Notes: a model not told the origin generated them from the letters alone. DNA of 22,376 nt from Nitrosomonas europaea (GCF_900167395.1 NZ_FUWK01000043.1:1-22376); one strand, 5' to 3'. Counted from the stretch's first letter, positions 6,993-19,892 are shown. A program made the numbers and translations.

Positions 6993-9824
6993 ATGGAACT
7001 CATCAGAATCCGTGGTGCACGGACACATAATCTCAAAAATATCGACCTCGATCTGCCGCGCAACCAGCTGATCGTGATTACCGGGTTGTCCGGCTCCGGA
7101 AAATCTTCGCTGGCTTTCGATACGCTCTATGCAGAGGGCCAGCGGCGCTATGTCGAATCACTTTCCGCCTATGCCAGACAGTTTCTGCAGCTGATGGAAA
7201 AACCGGATGTCGATCTGATCGAAGGGCTGTCGCCAGCCATCGCCATCGAGCAGAAAGCCACTTCGCACAATCCGCGTTCCACCGTGGGAACTGTCACTGA
7301 AATACACGATTATCTGCGTCTGCTGTTCGCCCGGGTGGGAGAACCGCATTGCCCGGAGCATGGTATCGGGCTGGCAGCGCAGAGTGTTTCACAAATGGTC
7401 GATCAGGTTTTGCAGTTGCCGACCGACACCCGTCTGATGATACTTGCGCCGGTAGTAACCGGACGCAAGGGTGAACAGGCGGAATTGTTCGATGAGTTGC
7501 GTGCACAGGGATTCGTGCGCGTCCGGCTGGATGGGGAAGTGTACGATATCGATGCACTGCCGAAATTGCAGAAAACCAAAAAACATACGATCGAAGTAGT
7601 CGTCGATCGCCTCAAAATTTCCCCGGAGGTCAAACAGCGACTGGCGGAATCATTTGAAACCGCATTGCGCCATGCCGAGGGCAGGGCACTGGCGGTGGAA
7701 ATGGACAGTGGCAAGGAATACCTGTTTTCAGCCAGATTCAGTTGCCCGGTGTGCAGTTATGCCTTGTCCGAACTCGAACCACGTCTGTTTTCCTTCAATA
7801 ATCCCGCGGGCGCCTGCCCCAAGTGTGATGGTCTGGGTCAGATCACCTTTTTCGATCCGGCACGGGTGGTGGCCTTTCCGTACCTGTCGCTCGCTGCAGG
7901 CGCCATTCGGAGCTGGGATAAGCGTAATCAGTTCTACTTCCAGATGTTGCAGGCGGTGGCAAATCACTATCACTTCGATCTGGAAATTCCGTTCGAGCAG
8001 TTGAGCAAGGAGGTGCAACAGGCCGTTCTGTATGGTTCCGGCAAGGAAAAAATCACATTTACGTATCTCAACGAACAAGGCCGTGCTCATCAGCAGGTTC
8101 ACCCTTTCGAGGGTATCATTCCCGGCCTGGAACGCCGTTATCGGGAAACCGAATCACAAACCGTACGTGAGGAACTGGCCAAATTCATCAATGCGCGTGA
8201 ATGTCCCGAATGCGGAGGGACACGCTTGTGCCGTGAAGCCCGGCACGTTACGGTCAATGGCGAAACGATTTTTGCCATCAGTGCCTGGCCGCTGCGGCAG
8301 GCAAAACAGTTTTTCGATGACATGGAACTGACAGGCCACAAACAATCCATTGCAGAACGTATCATCCGGGAGATTTCCAGCCGCTTGCAGTTTCTCAATA
8401 ATGTCGGGCTCGACTACCTTTCGCTCGACCGTTCCGCCGATACGCTTTCCGGTGGTGAAGCGCAGCGTATCCGCCTCGCCAGCCAAATTGGCTCCGGGCT
8501 GACCGGTGTCATGTATGTGCTGGATGAACCTTCGATCGGATTACATCAGCGCGATAATGAACGCTTGCTGGATACCCTCAGGCATCTGCGTGATCTTGGT
8601 AACAGCGTCATCGTAGTGGAGCACGACCAGGATGCCATCCTGCTGGCGGATCATGTAGTCGACATGGGTATTGGAGCGGGTGAGCATGGCGGCTGTGTGG
8701 TGGCAGAAGGTACACCAACGGCCATTCAGGCAAATTCTGCATCGCTGACCGGACAATACCTTTCCGGCAAACGCTCCATTGCCATTCCATCCACTCGCAC
8801 CCCGCCCAATCCGGAAAGGATGCTGACGATCCGTGGGGCAGCCGGCAACAATCTCAAGCAGGTACAGCTCAATTTACCGGTCGGCTTACTGATTTGCGTA
8901 ACTGGTGTTTCAGGTTCAGGAAAATCCACACTGATCAACGATACGCTGTATCGTGTCGTGGCACGCCATTTGTATGGCAGCCATACTGATCCGGCTGCTT
9001 ACCAGGAAATCGACGGGCTGGGGTTTTTCGACAAAGTCATCGACATCAACCAAAGCCCGATCGGGCGCACCCCCCGTTCCAATCCCGCGACTTACACCGG
9101 CCTGTTCACACCCGTACGTGAATTGTTTGCCGGCGTGCCACAAGCCAGGGAGCGCGGCTATTCACCCGGCAGATTTTCGTTCAACGTCAAGGGAGGGCGC
9201 TGCGAAGCCTGTCAGGGAGATGGTGTCATCAAGGTGGAAATGCATTTTCTGCCGGATATTTATGTTGCCTGCGATGTTTGCCACGGGCAGCGTTACAACC
9301 GGGAGACGCTGGAAATCCAGTACAAGGGCAAAAACATTCACGAAATTCTGCAGATGACCGTCGAAAATGCCCATGCATTTTTTGAAGCTGTGCCGACCAT
9401 CGCACGCAAACTGCAAACCTTGCTGGATGTGGGGCTGGGATATATCACGCTGGGGCAGTCTGCCACGACACTATCCGGTGGCGAGGCTCAGCGCGTCAAA
9501 CTGTCTCTGGAGTTATCCAAGCGCGATACCGGCCGCACGCTCTATATTCTCGATGAACCCACTACCGGCCTGCATTTCCAGGATATCGACCTGTTGCTCA
9601 AAGTCCTGCATCGCCTGCGCGATAACGGTAATACCGTGGTCATCATCGAACATAATCTGGATGTGATCAAAACCGCCGACTGGATCATCGATCTGGGTCC
9701 GGAAGGAGGAGCAGGGGGGGGCAGAATCATTGCCGAAGGGACGCCGGAAACGGTAGCGTCGATCCCCGGCAGTTTCACCGGATACTTTCTCCAGCCATTA
9801 CTTTCCACCACACTGACGGGGTAA
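6993..9824 (+). CDS. uvrA: Excinuclease ABC subunit A
   Basis: It has the [18 protein letters not shown]-terminus, two ABC modules (Walker [10 protein letters not shown] and GVSGSGKST; LSGGEAQR twice) and Cys4 zinc modules (CPVC...CPKC, CEAC...CDVC). The length of 943 aa is canonical. Confidence 0.97.
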   Translation: MELIRIRGARTHNLKNIDLDLPRNQLIVITGLSGSGKSSLAFDTLYAEGQRRYVESLSAYARQFLQLMEKPDVDLIEGLSPAIAIEQKATSHNPRSTVGTVTEIHDYLRLLFARVGEPHCPEHGIGLAAQSVSQMVDQVLQLPTDTRLMILAPVVTGRKGEQAELFDELRAQGFVRVRLDGEVYDIDALPKLQKTKKHTIEVVVDRLKISPEVKQRLAESFETALRHAEGRALAVEMDSGKEYLFSARFSCPVCSYALSELEPRLFSFNNPAGACPKCDGLGQITFFDPARVVAFPYLSLAAGAIRSWDKRNQFYFQMLQAVANHYHFDLEIPFEQLSKEVQQAVLYGSGKEKITFTYLNEQGRAHQQVHPFEGIIPGLERRYRETESQTVREELAKFINARECPECGGTRLCREARHVTVNGETIFAISAWPLRQAKQFFDDMELTGHKQSIAERIIREISSRLQFLNNVGLDYLSLDRSADTLSGGEAQRIRLASQIGSGLTGVMYVLDEPSIGLHQRDNERLLDTLRHLRDLGNSVIVVEHDQDAILLADHVVDMGIGAGEHGGCVVAEGTPTAIQANSASLTGQYLSGKRSIAIPSTRTPPNPERMLTIRGAAGNNLKQVQLNLPVGLLICVTGVSGSGKSTLINDTLYRVVARHLYGSHTDPAAYQEIDGLGFFDKVIDINQSPIGRTPRSNPATYTGLFTPVRELFAGVPQARERGYSPGRFSFNVKGGRCEACQGDGVIKVEMHFLPDIYVACDVCHGQRYNRETLEIQYKGKNIHEILQMTVENAHAFFEAVPTIARKLQTLLDVGLGYITLGQSATTLSGGEAQRVKLSLELSKRDTGRTLYILDEPTTGLHFQDIDLLLKVLHRLRDNGNTVVIIEHNLDVIKTADWIIDLGPEGGAGGGRIIAEGTPETVASIPGSFTGYFLQPLLSTTLTG

Positions 9825-9829
9825 ATTGT

Positions 9830-11113
9830 ATGAATCCGCGTGAACTGCTGCTCGACAGTTTTCGTGCTGCCATCGATGCAGCTGATCCGCAAAAGATCGT
9901 CCCCGCTCATCTGCCTGAACCACCTTCGGGGAACACGCTGGTCATCGGTGCAGGCAAAGCAGCGGCAGCCATGGCTCGTGCCGTAGAAACACACTGGCCG
10001 CCGGGCAATCATCTGGAGGGTATCGTGGTCACACCTTATCGCCATGGACTGGCGACCAACAGCATCATGGTGATCGAAGCCAGCCATCCCATCCCTGATA
10101 CCCGGAGTGAAATGGCTTCCCGCGCCATTCTGGAATCGGTACGCATGCTCAAACCGGATGATCTGTTGCTGGGGCTGTTCAGTGGCGGCGGATCGAGCCT
10201 GTTGTCCGCGCCCGTTCCCGGGGTAATACTGGAGGAACTGAAATCCATCACTCATCAACTCTTGCTGTGTGGCGCTTCGATCCAGGAAATCAACATCGTG
10301 CGCAAGCATTTGTCCACAGTGCTGGGAGGAAAATTGGCGGCAGCCAGCCGGGCACCGGTGCGCTGCCTGATCATTTCGGATGTCACGGACAATGACCCGA
10401 GCTCTATCGCCTCCGGACCCTGCGCGCCGGATCCTTCTACCTGGCAGGATGTACTGACGCTGATCGAGCGCTATGCGATCACCGTTTCTCCGCAGGTTAT
10501 CGAAGTGTTACGGGAAAACGGCCGCAAAAGCAGCAATGGAGGAGAAGGGGAAACACCCAAGCCGGGCGACCCGGTGTTCAGAAATGTGAAAAACCGGATC
10601 ATTGCAACCGCCCGGCAATCACTCGCCGCTGCGGCACAATTTTTCCAGGCGCAGGGGATCACCCCGCTCATTCTGGGTGATACCGTCACTGGTGAAGCAC
10701 GGGAAGTCGCCAAAATGCATGCCGTCATTGCACGCGAAATACGTCATTACAACAATCCGTACCGGCCGCCTGTCGCACTGATTTCCGGCGGAGAAACAAC
10801 CGTTACGGTAAAAGGTGCCGGTAAGGGCGGACGCAATGCCGAATTTCTGTTATCACTCGCCATTGCACTCGGCGGGCTGGAAGAGGTATACGCACTGGCC
10901 TGCGATACGGATGGTATAGACGGCAGTGAAACCAATGCGGGTGCAGTGATGACACCGGATACGCTGAGCCGGGCACGGCAAGCCGGCATCGATCCAACGG
11001 CTTTACTCGATGACAACGATGCCTATACTTTTTTTGAGAAGCAGGGCGATCTGGTTGTCACCGGCCCGACCTATACCAATGTAAATGATTACCGGGCGAT
11101 CCTGATAGTATGA
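9830..11113 (+). CDS. MOFRL-family glycerate 2-kinase / putative hydroxypyruvate reductase (TtuD-like)
   Basis: The N-terminal part resembles DUF4147 (VIGAGKAAAAMA). The C-terminal MOFRL block is ISGGETTVTVKGAGKGGRNAEF...CDTDGIDG. It starts 6 nt after the uvrA stop. Confidence 0.85.
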   Translation: MNPRELLLDSFRAAIDAADPQKIVPAHLPEPPSGNTLVIGAGKAAAAMARAVETHWPPGNHLEGIVVTPYRHGLATNSIMVIEASHPIPDTRSEMASRAILESVRMLKPDDLLLGLFSGGGSSLLSAPVPGVILEELKSITHQLLLCGASIQEINIVRKHLSTVLGGKLAAASRAPVRCLIISDVTDNDPSSIASGPCAPDPSTWQDVLTLIERYAITVSPQVIEVLRENGRKSSNGGEGETPKPGDPVFRNVKNRIIATARQSLAAAAQFFQAQGITPLILGDTVTGEAREVAKMHAVIAREIRHYNNPYRPPVALISGGETTVTVKGAGKGGRNAEFLLSLAIALGGLEEVYALACDTDGIDGSETNAGAVMTPDTLSRARQAGIDPTALLDDNDAYTFFEKQGDLVVTGPTYTNVNDYRAILIV

Positions 11114-11141
11114 TTCATCATGTGATGCAAGCAGTCCGGTT

Positions 11142-12152
<1,011 letters not shown>

Positions 12153-12185
12153 TTATTTATCAAAATAAAAAAATTGATACATCGT

Positions 12186-12322
12186 GGAACTAAATTCATT
12201 TAGTCCATTCTTATAGATAGGTGGTTGGTAATTACCACCTCTCGCCTTCCCTCCCTGAGGCGAGGCCTTACAAGCAAGGCGATTCTCCCCGGCTCAATCC
12301 CCTTTAGCCGGGGTTTTTTTTT
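12186..12322 (+). ncRNA. Candidate structured small RNA, antisense to the hemB leader region and the engB 3' end (anti-hemB-like layout)
   Basis: Five consecutive stem-loops lie at 12186-12206, 12219-12240, 12241-12264, 12265-12280 and 12287-12313. The last is followed by T9 on the + strand only. No convincing promoter was found, so the 5' end is a guess. Confidence 0.3.
12287..12322 (+). terminator. Rho-independent terminator shape on the + strand (CCCCGGCT / AGCCGGGG plus T9)
   Basis: An 8-bp GC-rich stem (12287-12294 / 12306-12313) has an 11-nt loop and is followed by T9 at 12314-12322. No + strand gene lies upstream. It overlaps the last codons of engB on the other strand. Confidence 0.5.
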
Positions 12323-12962
12323 GCTCGCTGATTTCACCGTTCTCCTGCTGTACGCTGGCATGGCCGGTATCAAACCAGTTTTGCAATAACTGTGAAGCTT
12401 CTTCCACGCCTGCGACTTTCAAGCTGGAAAAAGTCTGGACGGTACAGTGAGGGTAATTGACAGTCAGAAACTGCCTAACTTCGTTCAATGCCACCAGTGC
12501 CCTGCTCTTGCTCAGTTTATCTGCCTTGGTCAGCAGTACATGAACCGGTTTTTTTGTCTGCCTGAACCAGTCCAGCATTTGCAGATCGAGCTTTGTCAAC
12601 GGATGGCGTATATCCATGATGAGTATCATACCGTACAACGATTGCCGGGTTTGCAGATAGGAACTCAGCAGATGTCCCCAATGCTGTCGAATAGCCAGCG
12701 GTACTTGTGCGTAACCGTATCCTGGCAGATCGACCATGAAGCGTTCCTCGCCCAGCTGAAAAAAATTGATATGTTGTGTCCGGCCAGGCGTTTTACTGAC
12801 GAAGGCAAACCGTTCTCTTCCCACCAGTGTATTGATTGCGCTCGATTTTCCGGCATTGGAACGTCCGGCAAAAGCAACTTCAACTCCGGCCGTCTGCGGC
12901 AAATCCTGCAAACGGTTGACTGTCGTATAAAATTCAGCATGTCTGAAAAGCGGGTGTGTCAT
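12294..12962 (-). CDS. engB: Ribosome-biogenesis GTPase EngB/YihA
   Basis: G1 is [10 protein letters not shown]3 is DLPGYG and G4 is TKADK. A hydrophilic C-terminal tail (...[18 protein letters not shown]) follows. Confidence 0.9.
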   Translation of the reverse strand: MTHPLFRHAEFYTTVNRLQDLPQTAGVEVAFAGRSNAGKSSAINTLVGRERFAFVSKTPGRTQHINFFQLGEERFMVDLPGYGYAQVPLAIRQHWGHLLSSYLQTRQSLYGMILIMDIRHPLTKLDLQMLDWFRQTKKPVHVLLTKADKLSKSRALVALNEVRQFLTVNYPHCTVQTFSSLKVAGVEEASQLLQNWFDTGHASVQQENGEISEQKKTPAKGD

Positions 12963-12980
12963 GATGCATCGTCCTGATAT

Positions 12981-13751
12981 TTAACGGGTTGCCGGTATCT
13001 CTGCTTGCGCCCCGGCGATAATGACCAGCCCCTCCAGTACCAGATCATCGACAATCTGGTGAGGGATATGTATATGAGGAGCCAGCAACGCCGCGCCACC
13101 ACCCGTCAGGATGGTTTCTACAACCATTTGTTTTCCCGTGTATTCGGAAAGCTGGTCATACATTCGCTCCACTGCGCCGGTCAGTGCCTGAATCATCCCG
13201 CTATACAGGGCGTTTCCGGTATTGATCGGGAAATTCTGGAAACTACCGGATAGTGGCATGGAAAATATTCCGGCACGATCTGCCAATGCCTGTCTCATCG
13301 CATCGGGGCCAGGCACAATGACGCCGCCCAGAAATTCACCCGAGGCAGACAAAGCATCGACCGTCATGGCAGTGCCCACATCCACGACCAGACATGCCTG
13401 TTGTAACCGGTGCCATGCAGCAATCAGTGCTACCCAGCGGTCGCAGCCCAATTGCGCCGGGTTGCTATAACGGCTGATGACACCACACTGACGGGCACTG
13501 GCTGTGGCCCACTCCAGGTGTACATGCCATGGCGCCAGCAATGCCTTCAAATCATCTGCCGCCTGTAATCCAGCCACATTGGCAATCAGAATGGAGGCAG
13601 GTGCTGGCAACGCAGTCCAGTTTTGTTTCAGCATCCTGCGTTCGCTTTGTAATGTCTTGCCATGCGCCAGCCACTGTCGACCGTCATGTAATCCCCATTT
13701 GATGGCGGTATTACCCGAATCAACCGCCAGCAGCAAAGAAGATGTATTCAA
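12981..13751 (-). CDS. coaX: Type III pantothenate kinase
   Basis: It has the ASKHA-fold motifs [25 protein letters not shown] and TGGGA. Its position immediately downstream of birA is a common arrangement. Confidence 0.9.
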
Positions 13752-13761
13752 CCCGCAAACC

Positions 13762-14775
13762 TCAATTGAATGGGCTGGAATGTTCTGCCAGACTGCGCAG
13801 AGAGATTTCCCCGCTTCTCAACTGTACGACACCTGTCGAAGTATCGACCAGTAAAGCACCATCCGCTGCAACACTGATTGCAACCCCATTCCTGACAGAA
13901 CCCTCTGCGAAGCTGACCTGCACCATTTTGTCCTGATAGGCATGGTAACGTGTCCATTCCTCTATGAAAGGCTCAAAGCCATGTCGTTCAAATGTATCGA
14001 GCACCCTGGCCAGCTCTTTCAGTAAAACCGCCAGTAACTGATTCCTGTCCGGCATTTGCCCGGTGATACTGGTGATATCGGTTACCTTCTGATCGATCCG
14101 GGCTTTTGTGACGCCGGAAAGCCTGAGATTCAATCCAACACCAATAACCACGGTTCCCAGACTCAACATATCTCCGTGCAATTCGATCAGCACACCTGCC
14201 AGCTTGGCGTGGGAACCGGATAACACATCATTCGGCCACTTCAGCGCAATGTCACGAATACCGAGCAATGTCAGTGCGCGGACAATGGCCACACCTACTG
14301 CCAGACTTAGCCCGGAAAGAGTATTTACCGGACATTGTGACGGCCACAACACAGAGAAAGTCAGGCTGTCTCCCAGGCCTGATGACCATGAACGTCCACG
14401 GCGTCCGCGTCCTTGTGTCTGTAATTCCGTGACCAGCACCTGCTTGATTCTGTTGGCGGAAATGCCCTGCTCAACCGCACGCTGCAGCAGTAATGAATTG
14501 GTCGATTCGACCGCTTCCACAATTTCTATCTGTATGGAATCCGCGTATTCAGCAAGATGCTGGTGTATTTGTTCGCTATCCAGCCATTGAACCGGATTCA
14601 ACCAGCGATATCCCCGACCAGGAATTTTATGTATGGTCAGGCCGTAACTTTCCAGATCCCGCAGCGTGTTGGATATACTGGAACGAGAAACTTTCAGCGC
14701 CTGGCCCAAAGTTGTACCGGAGTGGTAATTGCCATCACTCATCATTCTCAGGATGGCAAACGTAAGTTGCCTCAT
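13762..14775 (-). CDS. birA: Bifunctional biotin-[acetyl-CoA-carboxylase] ligase / biotin operon repressor
   Basis: There is an N-terminal wHTH ([22 protein letters not shown]), the biotin-binding loop GRGRRGRSW and the KWPND motif. Confidence 0.92.
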   Translation of the reverse strand: MRQLTFAILRMMSDGNYHSGTTLGQALKVSRSSISNTLRDLESYGLTIHKIPGRGYRWLNPVQWLDSEQIHQHLAEYADSIQIEIVEAVESTNSLLLQRAVEQGISANRIKQVLVTELQTQGRGRRGRSWSSGLGDSLTFSVLWPSQCPVNTLSGLSLAVGVAIVRALTLLGIRDIALKWPNDVLSGSHAKLAGVLIELHGDMLSLGTVVIGVGLNLRLSGVTKARIDQKVTDITSITGQMPDRNQLLAVLLKELARVLDTFERHGFEPFIEEWTRYHAYQDKMVQVSFAEGSVRNGVAISVAADGALLVDTSTGVVQLRSGEISLRSLAEHSSPFN

Positions 14776-14860
14776 ATCGAATTTCCGGTTGGATTCATGA
14801 GTACTTCTGATTTATCCGACTACAGCAATCCTGCCTATTTCCGGCCTGGTATGCCATAAC

Positions 14861-14926
14861 AAAAAAGCGGATAACTCCGCTTTTGGTTGGCTAATGTGCC
14901 TTTGATAAAGCTTACCAAAGGCACAT
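14861..14926 (-). terminator. Tandem hairpins downstream of smbP; the second is a bidirectional A/T-flanked terminator
   Basis: ATGTGCCTTTG / CAAAGGCACAT form an 11-bp stem (14894-14904 / 14916-14926). GCGGA / TCCGC (14867-14871 / 14876-14880) is flanked by A6 and T4, which gives a U-run on the minus strand after the stem. Confidence 0.7.
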
Positions 14927-14938
14927 CCGTTTGATAAT

Positions 14939-15319
<381 letters not shown>

Positions 15320-15471
15320 TCAAGATGTATGAATTTCCTGTAACAACACGGCGAATACGCAGGGAAAAAGCCAACTGATATCACACCCTGCCAGACTTTC
15401 CGTAAAATTCATACAATCGTTCTTATATCACAGATCATTGCCAACAGATAGTATTGCTCTGATGTCAATGA

Positions 15472-16293
15472 TCAGATACCACGCAATAACTCATTGATAC
15501 CCGTTTTAGAGCGGGTTTTGGCATCGACCTGTTTCACAATCACCGCACAATACAGGCTGTAGCGGCCATTTTCAGCCGGCAGATTTCCGGAAACCACGAC
15601 TGATCCCGGGGGAATTCGACCATAGGTAATTTCACCGGTTTCACGGTTATAAATTTTGGTACTCTGACCAATATAAACACCCATTGAAATCACCGAATTC
15701 TCGCCAACGACGACACCTTCGACAATTTCGGAACGGGCACCGATAAAACAGTTGTCTTCAATAATCGTAGGACTTGCCTGCACCGGTTCCAGCACCCCGC
15801 CGATACCGACGCCACCGGAAAGATGAACATTTTTGCCGATTTGTGCACAGGAGCCCACAGTTGCCCAGGTATCCACCATGGTACCTTCATCCACATAAGC
15901 CCCGATGTTCACATAGGATGGCATCAGTACCACATTACTCGCGATGAACGAACCCTTGCGAACAGCAGCTGGTGGAACCACGCGGAACCCGCCATCACGA
16001 AAGTCGCGTGAGCTGTAATCTGCGAACTTGGATGGAATCTTGTCGAAATAGTTGGAAAATCCACCCTTGATGAAACTGTTGTCTTCCATGCGAAAAGACA
16101 GCAGGACGGCTTTTTTGATCCACTGATGAACGACCCATTCACCATTGATTTTTTCAGCCACCCGCAGCTTGCCGGTATCAAGCATATTGATAACCTGGGC
16201 AACCGATTCCTTCAGATTGGCTTCGACATTCCGGGGGGTGATTTCAGCGCGCCTTTCAAAGGCATTTTCGATGACAGCCTGTAATTGCTCCAT
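15472..16293 (-). CDS. dapD: 2,3,4,5-tetrahydropyridine-2,6-dicarboxylate N-succinyltransferase
   Basis: The 273 aa comprise an N-terminal helical domain and a left-handed beta-helix of hexapeptide repeats ([36 protein letters not shown]). Confidence 0.95.
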   Translation of the reverse strand: MEQLQAVIENAFERRAEITPRNVEANLKESVAQVINMLDTGKLRVAEKINGEWVVHQWIKKAVLLSFRMEDNSFIKGGFSNYFDKIPSKFADYSSRDFRDGGFRVVPPAAVRKGSFIASNVVLMPSYVNIGAYVDEGTMVDTWATVGSCAQIGKNVHLSGGVGIGGVLEPVQASPTIIEDNCFIGARSEIVEGVVVGENSVISMGVYIGQSTKIYNRETGEITYGRIPPGSVVVSGNLPAENGRYSLYCAVIVKQVDAKTRSKTGINELLRGI

Positions 16294-16317
16294 GTGACTC
16301 CTAAAAAAATAATCAGA

Positions 16318-17520
16318 TCAGAATTTTCTGGCAATGTCCCTGATTCGCTCCATTGCTTCCATGCATTCCACCACGGGTGCAACCAGTGCGATCCGCACGA
16401 AATCTTCACCAGGATCCATACCGTGCGCCTCTCGTGCCAGATAGCTGCCGGGCAACACGGTCACATTTCCTTCACGATACAAACGCCTGGAAAACTCGAT
16501 ACCACTGACAGGTGTTCTCAGCCATAAGTAAAACCCCGCATCCGGCATACTGACAGGCAGGGTATCCCCCAGTATATGCATGGCGCCAGTAAATTTCTCA
16601 TAGTACAGCTTGCGGTTTTCAGCCACATGCTGCTCATCACTCCAGGCAACGGTACTTGCTGCCTGCACAGCCGGATTCATGGCACTACCATGATAGGTGC
16701 GATAAAGCAGAAATTTCCTGAGAATGGTCGCATCTCCCGCTACAAAACCGGAGCGCATTCCCGGTACATTCGAACGCTTGGATAAACTGCTGAACACGAC
16801 CAGACGGGGAAATCCGCTACGCCCGAGTTTTTCGGCCGCTTCCAGCGCACCCAGTGGGGGATGGCCCTCATCGAAATAGATTTCTGAATAACATTCGTCT
16901 GCAGCAATCACAAATCCATAACGATCGGACAAATCGAACAGATGCTTCCATTCATCCAGAGTCAACACTTTGCCGGTAGGATTATTAGGGGAACAAATGT
17001 ACACCAGTTGTGTGCGTTCCCACACCGTATCGGGTAACTGTGCAGTATCTGCCGAAAAATTGTTTTCCGGCAGCTGGTTGAGAAAATAGGGCGTTGCCCC
17101 CGCTAGCAATGCAGCCCCTTCATAGATTTGATAAAAGGGATTCTGGCAAACTACCGCTGGCTGAATAGCTTTGTGATCGGTATCGATAACCGCCTGGGCA
17201 AATGAAAATAACGCTTCCCGGCTGCCATTGACCGGAATGACCTCGGTATCCGGATCAATGGAAGATAGGTGATAGCGCTGTGTGAGCCAGGTTGCAATAC
17301 TGGCTCTTAGCCTGTCAGTCCCAAGTACTGTGGGATAATGAGCCAGCCCTTCGAGACTGTTGATCAGCTCCTGCCTGATAAATTCGGGGGTGCTGTGCCT
17401 TGGCTCACCAATATGCAAACCGATAGGAGTCGGCAGGGAATCCCTTGGCACGAGATCCTCAAACAACTTGGTGAGTTTCTGAAACGGATATAACTGAAGA
17501 TTTTCCAGTGAAGGATTCAT
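16318..17520 (-). CDS. dapC: Succinyldiaminopimelate aminotransferase (betaproteobacterial DapC type)
   Basis: It is a class I aminotransferase with PLP-Lys motif SLSKRSN and N-terminus LQLYPFQKL. It lies directly upstream of dapD in the same orientation, separated by 24 bp. Confidence 0.88.
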   Translation of the reverse strand: MNPSLENLQLYPFQKLTKLFEDLVPRDSLPTPIGLHIGEPRHSTPEFIRQELINSLEGLAHYPTVLGTDRLRASIATWLTQRYHLSSIDPDTEVIPVNGSREALFSFAQAVIDTDHKAIQPAVVCQNPFYQIYEGAALLAGATPYFLNQLPENNFSADTAQLPDTVWERTQLVYICSPNNPTGKVLTLDEWKHLFDLSDRYGFVIAADECYSEIYFDEGHPPLGALEAAEKLGRSGFPRLVVFSSLSKRSNVPGMRSGFVAGDATILRKFLLYRTYHGSAMNPAVQAASTVAWSDEQHVAENRKLYYEKFTGAMHILGDTLPVSMPDAGFYLWLRTPVSGIEFSRRLYREGNVTVLPGSYLAREAHGMDPGEDFVRIALVAPVVECMEAMERIRDIARKF

Positions 17521-17620
17521 ACTTTCTCAAGATTGCCCACAAGAACTATGCTTGCGGAAGGTACGCTTCCAGGAAGGCAGTAAAAATGGTAAGCGTTAAT
17601 TATAAAGGGCACAGGGAACC

Positions 17621-18502
17621 TTGACCAAACAAAAAAAATTACTGCCGGTAGCCAGCCTGCTGCTGGGTGCTGCCATCTGGGGAGTAGCCTGGTATCCCTA
17701 CCGCTTACTGGAACAGGCGGGTATGCGTGGTGAATTGTCTACCACACTGGCTTATTCCATTGCGCTGCTGATCGGCCTGATTCTGTTTCGAAGACAACTC
17801 CGGATTTCCGAAATACTTAACCCTGCCGCCGGTATTTTGTTCTGGATCAGTCTCAGTGCGGGTTGGACCGGCATTGCCTATGTACTCGGAATCATCCACG
17901 GAGAAGTCATGCGGGTACTGCTTCTGTTCTATCTGGCACCGCTGTGGACCATCCTGTTTTCACGTATCCTGCTCCAGGAGCGGCTGAGCAGGCAGGGTTA
18001 CGCGATCATTCTGTTATCCCTTGCAGGTGCTCTGCTTCTGCTCTGGCAACCGGGAAGTAAATTACCACTACTCGCCTCTTATGGTGACTGGATGGGGTTA
18101 TCTGGCGGACTTGCCTTTGCACTGACCAATGTCCTGATTCGCAAGGACCAGCAGCACGGCATTCAGCTAAAGTTGCTGGCCGTTCTCTCCGGCACTGCCT
18201 TGACCGGATTTGCCGCAACATTGTTGATGGAAAGTATTTCCGATATAACTCATTTGCATACCCACGCATGGCTGATACTGGCAGGTATAGGCGGATTGGT
18301 GTTTTTTCTTTGCATATTGCTGCAATACGGAATGACTCATATACCAGCCAACCAGGCTATTGTGATCATGCTGTTCGAACTGGTGGTCGCGGCCATTGCC
18401 GCCCATTTTCTGACGAATGAATACCTGACAGGAAGAGACTGGGCTGGCGGACTCATGATTGCCTCCGCCAGCCTGTTTTCTGCGCGAGTCAATCGAGACT
18501 AG
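17621..18502 (+). CDS. EamA/DMT-family transporter (10 TM)
   Basis: The protein is hydrophobic throughout with the duplicated 5-TM EamA pattern. The TTG start at 17621 follows AGGGAA. The start codon choice is uncertain. Confidence 0.78.
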   Translation: MTKQKKLLPVASLLLGAAIWGVAWYPYRLLEQAGMRGELSTTLAYSIALLIGLILFRRQLRISEILNPAAGILFWISLSAGWTGIAYVLGIIHGEVMRVLLLFYLAPLWTILFSRILLQERLSRQGYAIILLSLAGALLLLWQPGSKLPLLASYGDWMGLSGGLAFALTNVLIRKDQQHGIQLKLLAVLSGTALTGFAATLLMESISDITHLHTHAWLILAGIGGLVFFLCILLQYGMTHIPANQAIVIMLFELVVAAIAAHFLTNEYLTGRDWAGGLMIASASLFSARVNRD

Positions 18503-18629
18503 ATATACAACCTCTTCACTCGTCCTGAAGATTGCTACCCATATTCATTGGGCTGGACTAATCGAGCGCAGCGCCTTAAACTTCTGTCGAAGCTATCATT
18601 CTGAGTCAATCACATAAAAGGAAACGGCA

Positions 18630-19193
18630 ATGTCACTGATTAACACTACTGTTAAACCGTTCAAAGCAACTGCGTATCACAATGGCGATTTTGTCGAAAT
18701 CACGGATAAAACCTTGAAGGGCAAATGGTCGGTCATCGTTTTCTACCCGGCTGATTTCACCTTTGTCTGCCCGACTGAGCTTGAAGATCTGGCGGACAAC
18801 TATGATGAATTCCAGAAGATCGGGGTTGAAGTCTACGGTGTTTCAACAGATACACATTTCACGCACAAAGCCTGGCATGATACTTCCAGCGTGGTTCGTA
18901 AGGTTCGTTATCCACTGGTAGGCGATCCAACCAGAGAACTGTCCCGCAACTTTGATGTGCTCATTGAAGATGCAGGTCTGGCGCTGCGCGGCAGTTTCAT
19001 TATCAACCCGGAAGGCGAGATCAAGGCATTCGAGGTTCAGGACAACAATATTGGCCGTAATGCTGCTGAACTGTTGCGTAAAGTCAAGGCTGCGCAATAC
19101 GTCTCAATGCATGAGGGTGAAGTTTGTCCGGCCAAATGGACAGAAGGTGCTGCCACACTGAAACCGTCAATCGACCTGGTTGGCAAGATTTAA
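18630..19193 (+). CDS. ahpC: Alkyl hydroperoxide reductase subunit C (typical 2-Cys peroxiredoxin)
   Basis: The peroxidatic Cys lies in DFTFVCPTE and the resolving Cys in EVCPAKW. The length is 187 aa and an AAAGGAAA SD lies upstream. Confidence 0.95.
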   Translation: MSLINTTVKPFKATAYHNGDFVEITDKTLKGKWSVIVFYPADFTFVCPTELEDLADNYDEFQKIGVEVYGVSTDTHFTHKAWHDTSSVVRKVRYPLVGDPTRELSRNFDVLIEDAGLALRGSFIINPEGEIKAFEVQDNNIGRNAAELLRKVKAAQYVSMHEGEVCPAKWTEGAATLKPSIDLVGKI

Positions 19194-19223
19194 GATTCCT
19201 GCCCCATTCTGTCTGTCGATATT

Positions 19224-19273
19224 GGCCGGTGATATTTCTTCTTTGCGGGAAATATCCCGGCCGGTTTTATTTT
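19224..19273 (+). terminator. Rho-independent terminator of ahpC
   Basis: GGCCGG(T)GATATTTC (19224-19238) pairs with GAAATATCCCGGCC (19249-19262), giving 14 bp with one bulge. GGTTTTATTTTAT follows. Confidence 0.8.
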
Positions 19274-19337
19274 ATCGGCTACCTTCACCACGACCGGTAA
19301 CCACTGGTTTGCTTTTTCTTCTCCCCATTGTGAAGCC

Positions 19338-19877
19338 ATGTATCAAAAATTCAACAAGCCAGTAAACGCTGCCCTGCATCTGATTCTGGTCTTGAGCATT
19401 ACTGCCTGTGCCAGCCAGAACAAATTTTTTGATACGCTCGATTACAATAGAGACTGGGAAGCGATTCAATCCAACCTTCCTGCTTATCCCCAACCGGAAA
19501 ACCTGCTGGAGTTCGATTCTGGTCCTGCTACCAGTCTGCGCTATTTCATCGATGCCAAATCCATCAGTGTCGATGAAAAACGTGTGATCCGGTACAGCAT
19601 AGTGATCCAGTCGCAGCAGGGCGCAAACAATGTTTCGTACGAGGGGCTGCGTTGCGAAACACGTGAGAGAAAACGCTATGCGACCGGTAACAACGATATC
19701 CGCAGTTGGGTGCGTGCCAATACCTCTGAATGGCAGCCACTGGAAGCAGTCGCTCAGTTACGAGCTCAGCGAGAGCTGGCAAAATACTACTTCTGCCCGC
19801 GCGGACTGGTCGTAGGCTCTCCCGCAGAGGCTGTTCGCGCGCTCAAAGCTGGTGTGCACCCGATGGTGATTCGTTAA
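19338..19877 (+). CDS. CNP1-like family lipoprotein
   Basis: The lipobox is LSITA|C. The conserved CNP1-like core is YFIDAKSISVDEKRVIRYSIVIQSQQGANNVSYEGLRCETRERKRYA...YYFC. Confidence 0.78.
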   Translation: MYQKFNKPVNAALHLILVLSITACASQNKFFDTLDYNRDWEAIQSNLPAYPQPENLLEFDSGPATSLRYFIDAKSISVDEKRVIRYSIVIQSQQGANNVSYEGLRCETRERKRYATGNNDIRSWVRANTSEWQPLEAVAQLRAQRELAKYYFCPRGLVVGSPAEAVRALKAGVHPMVIR

Positions 19878-19892
19878 TCATCATCTCCAGCT

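Noticed and set aside
9714-9721. G8 homopolymer inside uvrA (encodes AGGGR), and the A8 tract at 17631-17638 near the EamA start, as possible slipped-strand phase-variation switches
   Set aside because: These are single short tracts inside conserved housekeeping genes. There is no evidence of variation from one sequence, and the G-run simply encodes a Gly-rich loop that is common in UvrA.
9542-10309. 255-aa minus-strand ORF spanning the uvrA / glycerate kinase junction
   Set aside because: It overlaps two well-supported + strand genes and crosses their boundary. It has no domain-like sequence.
12447-12977. 176-aa + strand ORF
   Set aside because: It is antisense to engB, whose G1, G3 and G4 motifs are clear. 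It has no motifs of its own.
14108-14590. 160-aa + strand ORF (and 14493-14859 frames)
   Set aside because: It is antisense to birA. The translation is Ser/Pro/Arg-rich and featureless.
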